A stretch of 64,000 nt of DNA from Candidatus Latescibacterota bacterium (lineage in GTDB: Bacteria > Latescibacterota > UBA2968 > UBA8231). The notes under the pieces were generated by a model, which saw only the letters and a program-made list of their open reading frames with translations, searched no databases and was not told the DNA's origin. A program made the position numbers and the translations under genes. The stretch's first letter is position 1. The number at the start of each line of letters is the position of its first letter. The DNA lies in NCBI GenBank assembly GCA_965197905.1, contig CBDAOB010000005.1, forward strand, positions 1,344,001 to 1,408,000. Reading direction: 5' to 3'. This document shows, piece by piece, positions 29,709 through 38,800 of this stretch.

Positions 29709-30446
29709 CTACACCCCGGAAGCCAGCATTTGATACCGCTTTTGAATCCACCAGTCAGCGTGTGGCATGCCACTGCCAAGCGCTGCTTGTATCACCAAGT
29801 TGACATCCACGGGCACACGACGTAACTCGATTCGAAGGCTGCTCTTCTCCCAACCGATAACCCCATATTCTGCCCATGCAGGATGGCGATCTTGATCTGT
29901 CTGTGGAACAGGAGCACCAACACTTCCTGGATTGAAAAGGGTGATATCTCCATAAAGACGAACCATCTGTGTGTGCTTATGTCCTCCAGCCAATACCGTG
30001 GCGTGATAGCCAAACAGCATCCGTTCGAGGTCTTCGTCAGGAGTGGTCGAAGAGATTCCTTCTACATTAGACTGTGGGGAACCGTGATAACAAAGAAGAC
30101 CTGTGGTAACATCAAGAGGCATTTCGACCGTTGCTTGGAATGTACGCAGATAATCGAGATCGTCAGGTGAAAGCTGACTGACACCCCAGAATTGAATGTC
30201 GGCGGTGAACCGATGAATCTTCTCGTTGCGCCGGGGTGGATTCAGGAACAAAGCATCCATGTTGCCCATGACGACAGAACTGTTTAGAGTTTTCAATTGG
30301 GCAATGACCTCACGTGGCTGGGGGCCATCAGCGGCGATATCACCCAGGCACACGACGTGATCAATGTGTTCTGTTTTGAGATCGCTCAAGACAGATTCCA
30401 AAGCCACTAAATTTCCATGGATATCAGAGATGATGGCGATTCGCAT
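29709..30446 (-). CDS. Metallophosphoesterase
   Basis: ISDIHGN, LGD, GNMD, HGSP, GHKH, NPGSVG. Confidence 0.92.
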   Translation of the reverse strand: MRIAIISDIHGNLVALESVLSDLKTEHIDHVVCLGDIAADGPQPREVIAQLKTLNSSVVMGNMDALFLNPPRRNEKIHRFTADIQFWGVSQLSPDDLDYLRTFQATVEMPLDVTTGLLCYHGSPQSNVEGISSTTPDEDLERMLFGYHATVLAGGHKHTQMVRLYGDITLFNPGSVGAPVPQTDQDRHPAWAEYGVIGWEKSSLRIELRRVPVDVNLVIQAALGSGMPHADWWIQKRYQMLASGV

Positions 30447-30485
30447 GTGGCTCCTCTTTTTTAGTTGCCATTCATTCGAACATGT

Positions 30486-31079
30486 TTATGTAATCTGCTG
30501 TGGCAACAGATGGTGTACATCATTCGTCCGACAAAGCCACAAAAACCTTCCATTTTGAATTATTACCTCGTGAATAGAGGTGTTGCTTGTCTTAAAAAGA
30601 ACAGCCGTCTTTGGATTGACGCCGGCTAGAGTAGATACAAGGAAACGAATCAGAGTTCCATGGGCGGCAATGAGAATCTGATCATCCCAGGTATGTTCAG
30701 AAAGAATTTGACGAGCAAATTCCTTTATTTCTGCACGACGCTTGCGGATGTCCTCCTGAACTGCTTTTCCACCGGGCGCACGACCTGGCTTGATCATGAA
30801 TCCACTGATCTCCCGCAAGGAGGCCGTGACTGTGAAAGGCGTGCTTGGATGAAAATGTCGGATAGCAAGGCCTGTGTAATATGCCCTAGATAAATCGCTT
30901 GTGTATATGTGGGTAAAATGTTCTTTGGCTAACCGTTTCGCTACCCGAGCGGCTTGTTTCTCTCCTAAAGAAGTAAGGGGTGCTCCTAACTCTCCTGGCC
31001 TCTCTTCACCACTGGCCTGTCCATGACGAACAAGTACAATCTTGAAATCGTGAAATTCTGATCGTGTAGTTTTAGACAT
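30486..31079 (-). CDS. Histidine phosphatase (phosphoglycerate mutase family)
   Basis: LVRHGQ, TSDLSRA, AAHG. Confidence 0.9.
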   Translation of the reverse strand: MSKTTRSEFHDFKIVLVRHGQASGEERPGELGAPLTSLGEKQAARVAKRLAKEHFTHIYTSDLSRAYYTGLAIRHFHPSTPFTVTASLREISGFMIKPGRAPGGKAVQEDIRKRRAEIKEFARQILSEHTWDDQILIAAHGTLIRFLVSTLAGVNPKTAVLFKTSNTSIHEVIIQNGRFLWLCRTNDVHHLLPQQIT

Positions 31080-31124
31080 TCACTTGCTCCTATAGACACC
31101 AATTTTCTCAATTAAACAATTTCG

Positions 31125-31208
31125 GTTCAACGTTTAATGGGTCACGAACCCACGAAGTGGGTTGGGCGAAGGCCCGCATGGGCCGAAGCCGGGACCCAGG
31201 TGTTATGT
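31125..31208 (-). other. Isolated attC-like site (84 bp)
   Basis: Minus: ACATAAC ACCTGGGTC ... GACCCATTAAAC GTTGAAC with internal hairpins. Confidence 0.5.
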
Positions 31209-31314
31209 GGCGTGTGGCGAAATGCTCTATCACTCTGGTTTCGCCGGCATCTCAACCTCGTATTGTACGCCGGCACGTCAACGCCTTGAACTTCAGCTTG
31301 TCCCGCCCGACTCC

Positions 31315-31746
31315 TTATTCGTTGAGCTCCATCAACTCCAGCCAGTTACCGTCCGGGTCCTGGAGGTAGCAGGCGATCCGGCCCGGGGCGATCTGGGCAG
31401 GCGGATTCATGCTCTTCGCGCCGCCCGCTGACATTTTTGCGAACGTCGCTGAGATGTCTTCCACCTCGAACGCCAGGTGCGCCGCCCCAACCACTTTGCG
31501 CTCCTCGGTCGGACACTCGTCTGACGGCGGATTGACGTACTCAATGAGCTCCAGGATGTGGCCACCCCCCAGGTCGAGTAAGGCCAACTTCAGGTGGGCA
31601 TCCTCGTACCCGACGACCTGGTCAATTTCCGGGCCGACGCGCTCGTACTCGCTGATGACGTTGAGGCCAACGATGTCGCGGTAGAAGGCGACGGCCGTGG
31701 CTCGGTTCCGAACAACGAATCCTGTGTGGTGTAATCGCTGTATCAT
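31315..31746 (-). CDS. VOC/glyoxalase family protein
   Basis: HHTGFVV, LELIEY, HLAFEV, DPDGNWLEL. Confidence 0.92.
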   Translation of the reverse strand: MIQRLHHTGFVVRNRATAVAFYRDIVGLNVISEYERVGPEIDQVVGYEDAHLKLALLDLGGGHILELIEYVNPPSDECPTEERKVVGAAHLAFEVEDISATFAKMSAGGAKSMNPPAQIAPGRIACYLQDPDGNWLELMELNE

Positions 31747-31808
31747 GGTTTCTTCCTTATGTTCTGGCTTTCCCTCCCTTGAGAACTAATCGTTACCCAC
31801 ATCTTTTT

Positions 31809-31926
31809 GCTCGGTGATAAAGTCGCCGAGCTACAGAAAACGGCGCCCGATGAATCGGCTGTCAAGCGATCCTTTCAGTCCGATTTATCGGACGCCGCCC
31901 GATAGCCCGCTGATTCATCGGCGGGC
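31809..31926. repeat. Cluster of REP-like palindromes
   Basis: GTAG+CTCGGCGACTTTATCACCGAG (minus), CCGATGAATCGG, GTCCGATTTATCGGAC, GCCCGCTGATTCATCGGCGGGC. Confidence 0.65.
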
Positions 31927-32020
31927 GGGAGCCGCATGCCACAAGGGCCGCAGACTTGTGGGTAAGGATTAGCCCTTGAGAAAGAGGGTCCGGTTGTAAG
32001 GGTAAAAGGCTTGCCCGGCA

Positions 32021-32962
32021 CTAGCCCGGAAACTGATCGATGCTTGCCAGGGCGCGCGAGATGCGCCGACGGAGTGCTGCCACCTTTTCGTCGTTCCATT
32101 CGTAGAACCCCTGTCCCGACTTTATGCCGAGGTTTCCTCGCTCGACCATCTTACTCACCAGCCCCGGGGTCTCTCTTCCAGTCTCCAGGTCGGGAAAGAG
32201 TTGGTCGATGATCGCCGAAATCGTGTCCCAGCCCGCGATGTCGAAGACCTCCAGGGGGCCCGCCACCGCGAGCCGTCTCCCGAAGCTGGTCTTGACCACC
32301 GTGTCCACATCTTCGGCTGAGGCAATCCCCTGCTGCACGATGGACAGTGCCTCGCGCAGGAGGGCGAACTGCATCCGGTTGCCGATGAACCCCAGCGACT
32401 CCTTCTGGAGCACGACGGGCTTCTTGCCCAGCTTGGAAAACACCCCTGTCGTGATGTTGATGGTCATGTCGCTGGTTTCCGGCCCACGGACGACCTCAAT
32501 GAGGGGCAGCAAGTAGGGCGGATTCCACCAGTTCGCAACGACGACTTTGTCCGGTCGATTCGTTGATGGCGCGAGCTGGCTGGTCATGAAGGACGACGTG
32601 TTGCTGGTCAAGACGGCGTGCTCCGGGGCGAAGCGGTCGAGGTCAGTGACGACGCTCTGCTTGAGCGGCAGGTCCTCGAACACGGCCTCCACCAGAAAGT
32701 CCACGTCGGCAACCGCGTTGGCGAGGGAGGTACTGGTGTGGATGCGGTCGGGCGCCGACGCTGCTGTTTGCTGGTCAACAAGCCCCAGCTCCGCCAGCAC
32801 ATCGAGAGAGTTCCGGACGTTGTCCATGGCCCGCCGGAGATTGTCGTCGGTGGTGTCGACCACCGCAACATCGTAGCCGCCAATCGCAAATTGCAGAGCG
32901 ATGCCGTGGCCCATGAGGCCCGCGCCGATAACACCGATTCGTCGTACGTCTTCAGCGTTCAT
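32021..32962 (-). CDS. 3-hydroxyacyl-CoA dehydrogenase family protein
   Basis: GAGLMG, EAVFE, SNTSS, GFIGNR. Confidence 0.92.
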   Translation of the reverse strand: MNAEDVRRIGVIGAGLMGHGIALQFAIGGYDVAVVDTTDDNLRRAMDNVRNSLDVLAELGLVDQQTAASAPDRIHTSTSLANAVADVDFLVEAVFEDLPLKQSVVTDLDRFAPEHAVLTSNTSSFMTSQLAPSTNRPDKVVVANWWNPPYLLPLIEVVRGPETSDMTINITTGVFSKLGKKPVVLQKESLGFIGNRMQFALLREALSIVQQGIASAEDVDTVVKTSFGRRLAVAGPLEVFDIAGWDTISAIIDQLFPDLETGRETPGLVSKMVERGNLGIKSGQGFYEWNDEKVAALRRRISRALASIDQFPG

Positions 32963-33279
32963 ATTCGTGGAGTCCCTCCAAGGTGTTCCCGGTTGCTGCC
33001 AAGCATTTCAATTTGTTGAGCTAACCATTTGTTGTGTGACCGAGTCCAAAGGCAACCAATTAGGCAAAACGTGATAGCGCCCGCAATTATACCCGAAACG
33101 CAAGCCTCAACCGAGAAATTACTAACGCACCAATGAAAAAAAGTGGGTAGTCCAAAAAGAATTGGTGTTGCCGAACAGCCAACATAGAACAATACGACCT
33201 GTTTGGTTGTTCCCTGTCCCTCAACGCTAATCGTGTTGCCAAAGTCTGCAAGGTAGACCCAAAATAAATGGGGGACCAC
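32959..33279 (-). CDS. Small membrane protein or fragment
   Basis: Two hydrophobic segments; AT-richer than neighbours; start uncertain. Confidence 0.35.
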   Translation of the reverse strand: MVPHLFWVYLADFGNTISVEGQGTTKQVVLFYVGCSATPILFGLPTFFHWCVSNFSVEACVSGIIAGAITFCLIGCLWTRSHNKWLAQQIEMLGSNREHLGGTPRI

Positions 33280-33392
33280 ATGAAGCGGGTGCTTATCGCG
33301 GCGTTGTTGTTGGCGACAGTGGTAGAGTCTGATGGTAAAGAGGAATGGGAAATCGCAAGTCTAAAGCGGGATCAGGGCGGCTAGCCTTTCAA

Positions 33393-34553
33393 TCAACGCT
33401 TGCTCCTGGCGCGGCTGCTCTCCCATTCCTCCATGCTCATCGCGCCGGCGACCACGTGGCTGTTGTCGCCGATGCGATCCGGCTCGCGCAGCGCCGGCTG
33501 GTCGACGAACCGGGAGCGGGCCGCCTTGTGCTGGTTCTCGGGCTGCAGGACGTCCTCCTCGCCTTCGGCGATGTGCCGGTACAGCAGCTTCAGCTCCGGG
33601 GAAAACCTTGAGTACACCTCCCGCGGCACGTACGTCCTGAGCGCGTGGCCGCCCGAGTGCACGTTGACGAACTCGTTACCCGACAGCCACCACGGCGCGT
33701 AACGGCACACAACCGTCGTGCGCTCGTGCTCGCTCTGGTTGACAGCGCGCGAGTGCCAGAGCCGCGTGTCCTGCATAAAGACCGAGCCCGCGGGCGCCGA
33801 GATTTGGAACTCGCCCGGGATCGGCGCTCGTTCGTCGATCCCGTCATCGGGGCCGCGCGGGTTGCGCGGGTCTTTGTGCGACCCAGGAACAACCCACGTG
33901 CCGCCATTATACGGGGTCACCTCCTCCGGACCGAGGTACCAAATCGCGGTCAGCGCCATGCAGACATCGGGGAATGGCTGGGCGACCGCGCCGGCGAGAT
34001 TCCACTCCTCACCGGTCGTCCGGTACGCAGCCAGATCATGCGGCCAGTCGGAATGCCAGCGGCGACGCAGCAGTTGCTCCTCGGAGAACGCCTCCCCCGT
34101 CGGCTTCGAGACGCCGAGGCTAGCGGTGACCTCCGTCTGCAAAATGCGGACGTGCGTATCGAGCATCGCCTTGGCTACCCGGAGCACGCGCGGCTCCACG
34201 AGGTGCTCGGCGAAGGTCTCGTTCCGCGCGATGTCGCAGAGCTCGGCGTGGGGCGCCATCGGCGACCGCACAGGACCGCTGCCAGGCTGGAAGTCGGGAT
34301 TTCTGCGGCGTTCCAGCTCTATGCGTTTGCTCTGCTCCGCCTCGCGGTCCTGCTGCAACAGCCGGCGTCCCCGGTACACGCTCTCGCACACCGTGCTGAC
34401 TTGGTCCTCGGGGATCACCCTCTCGACGACGCAGAAACCCTGGACTCGCAGCGATTGCAGGTACCCCTCGATCTCCGCATCACCACCTTTGGGGATACCC
34501 GTAGCGATGGAGTAGGGGAGTCGAAGTCGATCATCAAGATTTAACCCTGTCAT
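33393..34553 (-). CDS. Phytanoyl-CoA dioxygenase (PhyH) family protein
   Basis: WHSDWP, NGGTWVVPGSH, DTRLWH. Confidence 0.88.
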   Translation of the reverse strand: MTGLNLDDRLRLPYSIATGIPKGGDAEIEGYLQSLRVQGFCVVERVIPEDQVSTVCESVYRGRRLLQQDREAEQSKRIELERRRNPDFQPGSGPVRSPMAPHAELCDIARNETFAEHLVEPRVLRVAKAMLDTHVRILQTEVTASLGVSKPTGEAFSEEQLLRRRWHSDWPHDLAAYRTTGEEWNLAGAVAQPFPDVCMALTAIWYLGPEEVTPYNGGTWVVPGSHKDPRNPRGPDDGIDERAPIPGEFQISAPAGSVFMQDTRLWHSRAVNQSEHERTTVVCRYAPWWLSGNEFVNVHSGGHALRTYVPREVYSRFSPELKLLYRHIAEGEEDVLQPENQHKAARSRFVDQPALREPDRIGDNSHVVAGAMSMEEWESSRARSKR

Positions 34554-35131
34554 CTCAATTTACCTTTGTCACGCCGCCGGCCGCGGCGGTCGGATTTTAG
34601 TCGGCATGGTTTAGATAATATAGCAGCTGGTTTGATCCTGGTCACGGTACGGACGCCGCTGCTGGCTCTTGGAGCAGGCGCTGGCCTGCCATCTCCGCCC
34701 CGCCAGAACCGCTTGTAGCGCCACAATTTCGGCCGCCAGCATCTCCTTGACTTCATCCAGTGCTCGGGGGTATTGCGGTACCAGACTTCGTAGGTCAGTC
34801 ATGGTGCACAGGTTCGACGGTCGGTCGCCTGCCTTTGTCAGCGTGCTCTGGCAAAGTTCGTGCTTTTATCATGATTTCCCGTGCCAGGTCTTCGGCTTCA
34901 ATCAACGTGATGTCGCCGTAGCAATAGTCGGCCTCGATCTTCGGGCAAAGTTTTCGATCGGGCACTGCTGCCCGTCGCCAGTCTGCGGTTGAAGGCTCAG
35001 AGCGTGTGCCATTGCATCGCGCCATACGATTGACACGCGACCAATGAAATAATTGATTGTTGTGAAAACGAGAAATGCGACGAGAGGCGTCTTTTTAGGG
35101 AACTCGCGTCCTTACGAAAGGAGAGCCAACG

Positions 35132-38100
35132 GTGGGCTTTTCTCATTTGCTTCGGGGGTGCTTGCCACGTCGGTCGCTGTGCGCCCTGGTTCTTGCTACA
35201 ACAGCCTGGGCCCCAAGTGGGGAGGCGCAGGAATACCCCTGGAAACATGTAAACGACGCCCAGTCGGCGCGGCCATTGCTGCGTTGGGAGCGGCCCACCT
35301 ACTCGAACTACGCTCACCAGAATTTCAACAACTACCAAGACCACTCCGCCCCCTACGAAGATTCGCCGCGGGCGTACTACGGATCGATGGGGAATTATCT
35401 CATTTCGGGGTATCCATTGTACGAATGGAGGGAAGAACGCACTCCTGGTCATGAGTGGACCAGTACCATTTTCAAACATTCCGGACAGGGTTTGGGACCC
35501 AATGGCCCCTGGGTGACCATTTTCGACAGCATGGTCATGGCCCGGGACGGCTACGGGGACTGGGGCTACTCCCTGGTCGCCGGGGACGGGCTGATAGCGC
35601 GTTTCTCACCATTGGTGCTGTCCATGGTCGACCTGAACGGGGTGCGCATGGATGTGGCGGTTCCGAATCTGCGTTTTACCGGTATCGCGTCGCGCATCGA
35701 ACGCCCCAAGATCTACACCGAGACCCCGGAGCCATGGGCGTTCGAGAAGTTCCACCTCGCCGACGATTCCACCCTCTTGCTGGGGGGGCGCGCCCTGTTC
35801 GACCTGAGCCGTCTACAGCTGGGTTTCAGTGGCGCCAACATTCATATCTATCGCAGCACCGAACCGGGCAACAGCCTCAAGGGTCGATTGCGCCCGGGAC
35901 AGCCCGCGATCGAATGGCTGCTGGTCCGGTTCTCCGATGACTCCCCTGAGGACGGTATCGCGGGGGCGCTGGTGCAGGAAGTACAACTGGTGGTGAACGG
36001 GGAGGCGCGCCCCGACCTGGTGCCCCGCGTCGTGTCTCATCAGGAAGGAATAACACCGCAGGTGGGTCGTTTTTCTTCCGCCACAGGCCTTTTTCAGCCG
36101 GTCGACTACACCAACACCGGCGGTTCCAAACTCTTCTACCGCGGACGCCGGGACCTTCCCCTCTACTCGGACTACCTGTATCGTCTCGACCACGACGCCG
36201 ACATCGACATAAGCGATGTCGCCAACATACCCGGGTTGGTGAGCGGAATCTCCGTACTCCGACCAGGCGACCTCGTGCGCGCCGACGGTGACGGCCAGGT
36301 GATTTACCTCTTCGACATGACCGGGGAACAGACGATAGAGTCGGTGAAGGTGGAGGCCCTGGTCGGCAACGACTTCCGAGTCGACGTGGCGCACCTGAAT
36401 ACCGTCAATACTCGCGGGCGCACCTACCATCAGCAGTTCCAGAGCACCTTCTATCGCACCGTAGCGCGGTCGAAGGGAAATGTCCAGGATGTGGGCAATC
36501 TGAAACGGCGGCGCTTCAGTGTGAGCGAAGACACCGGGCTGTTCACCTATGGCAGCGATCTGCGTCTGGCGATTCCGGGCATGGAGATCACCGCCGAGTA
36601 CGCCGGCTCAGCCCGGTATGGCCGCTATCCCGCACTCATGGAAGGGGAGAACGACTTTCGCGCCGGACCGCGTTCGGTGGAGCGGGGCTCGGCCTTCTTC
36701 GTCAACGCCAGCCACTGGTTGTCCCGCGGCCGGATCGGGGGCGAGTACTTCCGCATCGGTCCGAGCTTCCGCACTGAGATGCGCAACTACCTAAGCGAAG
36801 CCGGCCTCGGCAATACCAACCTGCAGCATATAACCAACAGGACCGTCTACTGGGACCTGGTGCAAGACAACGACGATGGCGATCGCTTTCCCGACAAGCG
36901 GGCGGGCAATCTCGCCGGGTTTCCCAACGATGCGTCCCCGCGACGAGACGATCGAGGCGCTAACCGAGACGACGACGATCTGGATGGCGTCACCCTGGGT
37001 CAGGACGCCGACAACGACGGCTTTCCCGACGTCAATCGGAACGGCGACCTGGTTCCCGATTTCGAAGAGCCGTTCCTCATGTACGAGGTGGAGCCGAACA
37101 AGTATGTCTACGGCCCGGATCGGAACAACAACAACGAACCAGACCTGCGGGAGGACGATATCGATCCAGATTATCCGTACGACCTCGATAACAAAGGGTT
37201 TCACCTCTTCGGGCAGGTGGATCTGAGTCGGCACTGGTCACTCGCCGTGGGACACTACGACGTGGAGCAGATCGCCGGCGCCGGCCGCAACCGATCCACT
37301 TATTCGCTGCTCACCTACCAGCGGTTGGGTAGGAATTGGCTGCCCCAACTGCTCTTCGAAAATAATCTCCGGCGCGTGCGGGACGATATTCCGGACGAAT
37401 ACCTCGCCCTGGATGAGATTCCGGCGCGGAACTTCACATTCAACGCTAGAGGACTCAGGATAGAACAAAGCGTAGCCGGCAAGCAGGACGGCCCCCCGAT
37501 CTTCGGAACTCGCTTCGTGCCCGACCTGGTGGAATACCAGGACAGCTTCGTGAACGAGGCGTACCTGGAAGCCCGTGTGACGCCGGTACCGGGGTTGAAC
37601 CTGCACCAGAAGATGCGCTGGCGCTTGAATTGGCAGCAAGGTGGGCAGTTGCGCCCGGGTATTTTCCAGCTCGAGCGCCGGGTCGATCTGTGGACTTGGG
37701 TGAGCCGCATCGACTACGCCCTGCAGCTGGGACGCGTGACCGTTATACCCCAGTACAAATACATGCTCTTCCGGCTGCACGACCAGGAAAGGGACCGGGG
37801 CATCGAGTTCGAGACCCGATCTATTCCGATCCTGCGCGTCGAATATCCCTTCTTGCCCCGCACCGTCCTCCGGGCCGGCTTCCAGGGAGTCGGTCCGTTG
37901 CCGTACCGATCAAAGGACCGCCTCGCCGGCCGGAAGAGCTTCGAGCAGCGGACCGCCTTCCTGACCGCGACGAACCGGTCGAAATACTTCGGCTACGACC
38001 TGGTCACTGTCGTCGGTCTCAATAGAGACCGACGCACCTTCGACGACCCGGCTCAGGAGCTCAACGAGTTCGATGTCTGGTCCTTCTTCGTTCGTGGGTT

Positions 38101-38134
38101 AATCGGATTTACCGAATACGGCCGGCCGATATAG
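35132..38134 (+). CDS. Large exported protein with Dx[DN]xDG-type loops, probably outer membrane; function unknown
   Basis: 1000-aa ORF with signal-like N-terminus, DNDDGDRFPD/DADNDGFPD/DRNNNNEPD and an amphipathic beta-rich C-terminus. Confidence 0.8.
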   Translation: MGFSHLLRGCLPRRSLCALVLATTAWAPSGEAQEYPWKHVNDAQSARPLLRWERPTYSNYAHQNFNNYQDHSAPYEDSPRAYYGSMGNYLISGYPLYEWREERTPGHEWTSTIFKHSGQGLGPNGPWVTIFDSMVMARDGYGDWGYSLVAGDGLIARFSPLVLSMVDLNGVRMDVAVPNLRFTGIASRIERPKIYTETPEPWAFEKFHLADDSTLLLGGRALFDLSRLQLGFSGANIHIYRSTEPGNSLKGRLRPGQPAIEWLLVRFSDDSPEDGIAGALVQEVQLVVNGEARPDLVPRVVSHQEGITPQVGRFSSATGLFQPVDYTNTGGSKLFYRGRRDLPLYSDYLYRLDHDADIDISDVANIPGLVSGISVLRPGDLVRADGDGQVIYLFDMTGEQTIESVKVEALVGNDFRVDVAHLNTVNTRGRTYHQQFQSTFYRTVARSKGNVQDVGNLKRRRFSVSEDTGLFTYGSDLRLAIPGMEITAEYAGSARYGRYPALMEGENDFRAGPRSVERGSAFFVNASHWLSRGRIGGEYFRIGPSFRTEMRNYLSEAGLGNTNLQHITNRTVYWDLVQDNDDGDRFPDKRAGNLAGFPNDASPRRDDRGANRDDDDLDGVTLGQDADNDGFPDVNRNGDLVPDFEEPFLMYEVEPNKYVYGPDRNNNNEPDLREDDIDPDYPYDLDNKGFHLFGQVDLSRHWSLAVGHYDVEQIAGAGRNRSTYSLLTYQRLGRNWLPQLLFENNLRRVRDDIPDEYLALDEIPARNFTFNARGLRIEQSVAGKQDGPPIFGTRFVPDLVEYQDSFVNEAYLEARVTPVPGLNLHQKMRWRLNWQQGGQLRPGIFQLERRVDLWTWVSRIDYALQLGRVTVIPQYKYMLFRLHDQERDRGIEFETRSIPILRVEYPFLPRTVLRAGFQGVGPLPYRSKDRLAGRKSFEQRTAFLTATNRSKYFGYDLVTVVGLNRDRRTFDDPAQELNEFDVWSFFVRGLIGFTEYGRPI

Positions 38135-38154
38135 TTCGATACGAGAGGAACAGG

Positions 38155-38418
38155 ATGAATCAGTTCAAGGGTGTGTTCCCGGCGACCATTACGCCGATGC
38201 AGGCGGATGGCCGTTTCGACGAACAGGCGTTTCGCCAAGTCCTCGAGTACAACGTCGCCGCCGGCGTCCACGGCTTCTGGCTGGCCGGCGGCACCGGTGA
38301 AAGCGTGTACCTCGACGATGACGAAAACAGGCGCATCGCCGAAACGCGGCAGCCTAAAGAGCAGACGTACGAAGAGTGGCTACAGGAGAGCTTCGAGATC
38401 GAGAAAAGCCGCTTCTAA
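38155..38418 (+). pseudogene. Dihydrodipicolinate synthase family N-terminal fragment fused to unrelated sequence
   Basis: GVFPATITP, GVHG..AGGTGE; similarity stops near 38343. Confidence 0.85.
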
Positions 38419-38800
38419 GCGGCCTTCTGAGCCCTTACACACCCCCATTTGGAGCACCTCCTCCCACTACGAGCCACCCTTTTATCTAACCGATCCCATA
38501 CCCTCATATCGGCCTATACCACTACCGATAAGCGTTATTATCAATAGTCTGATCGGAGGGTCTAAGCTATGGGCCCAGGGGACTGGATGGCCTCAACTGG
38601 TACCTGGGCCCTGAACCTGGGGAGGTGAACCCGAAACCGGGGTAGGGTCCCCTGGGGTAGGCGCACATATCCCCGCCCATACCGACGCCAAATACAGCCC
38701 TTCAGCTTCACAGGTGTCCAATCGGTTCCTTGGTGGAGCCGTCAAATCACCGTACCATAGCGGCACCACGCAGAGTACGTCCTGTTCACAAGAGAACCAA

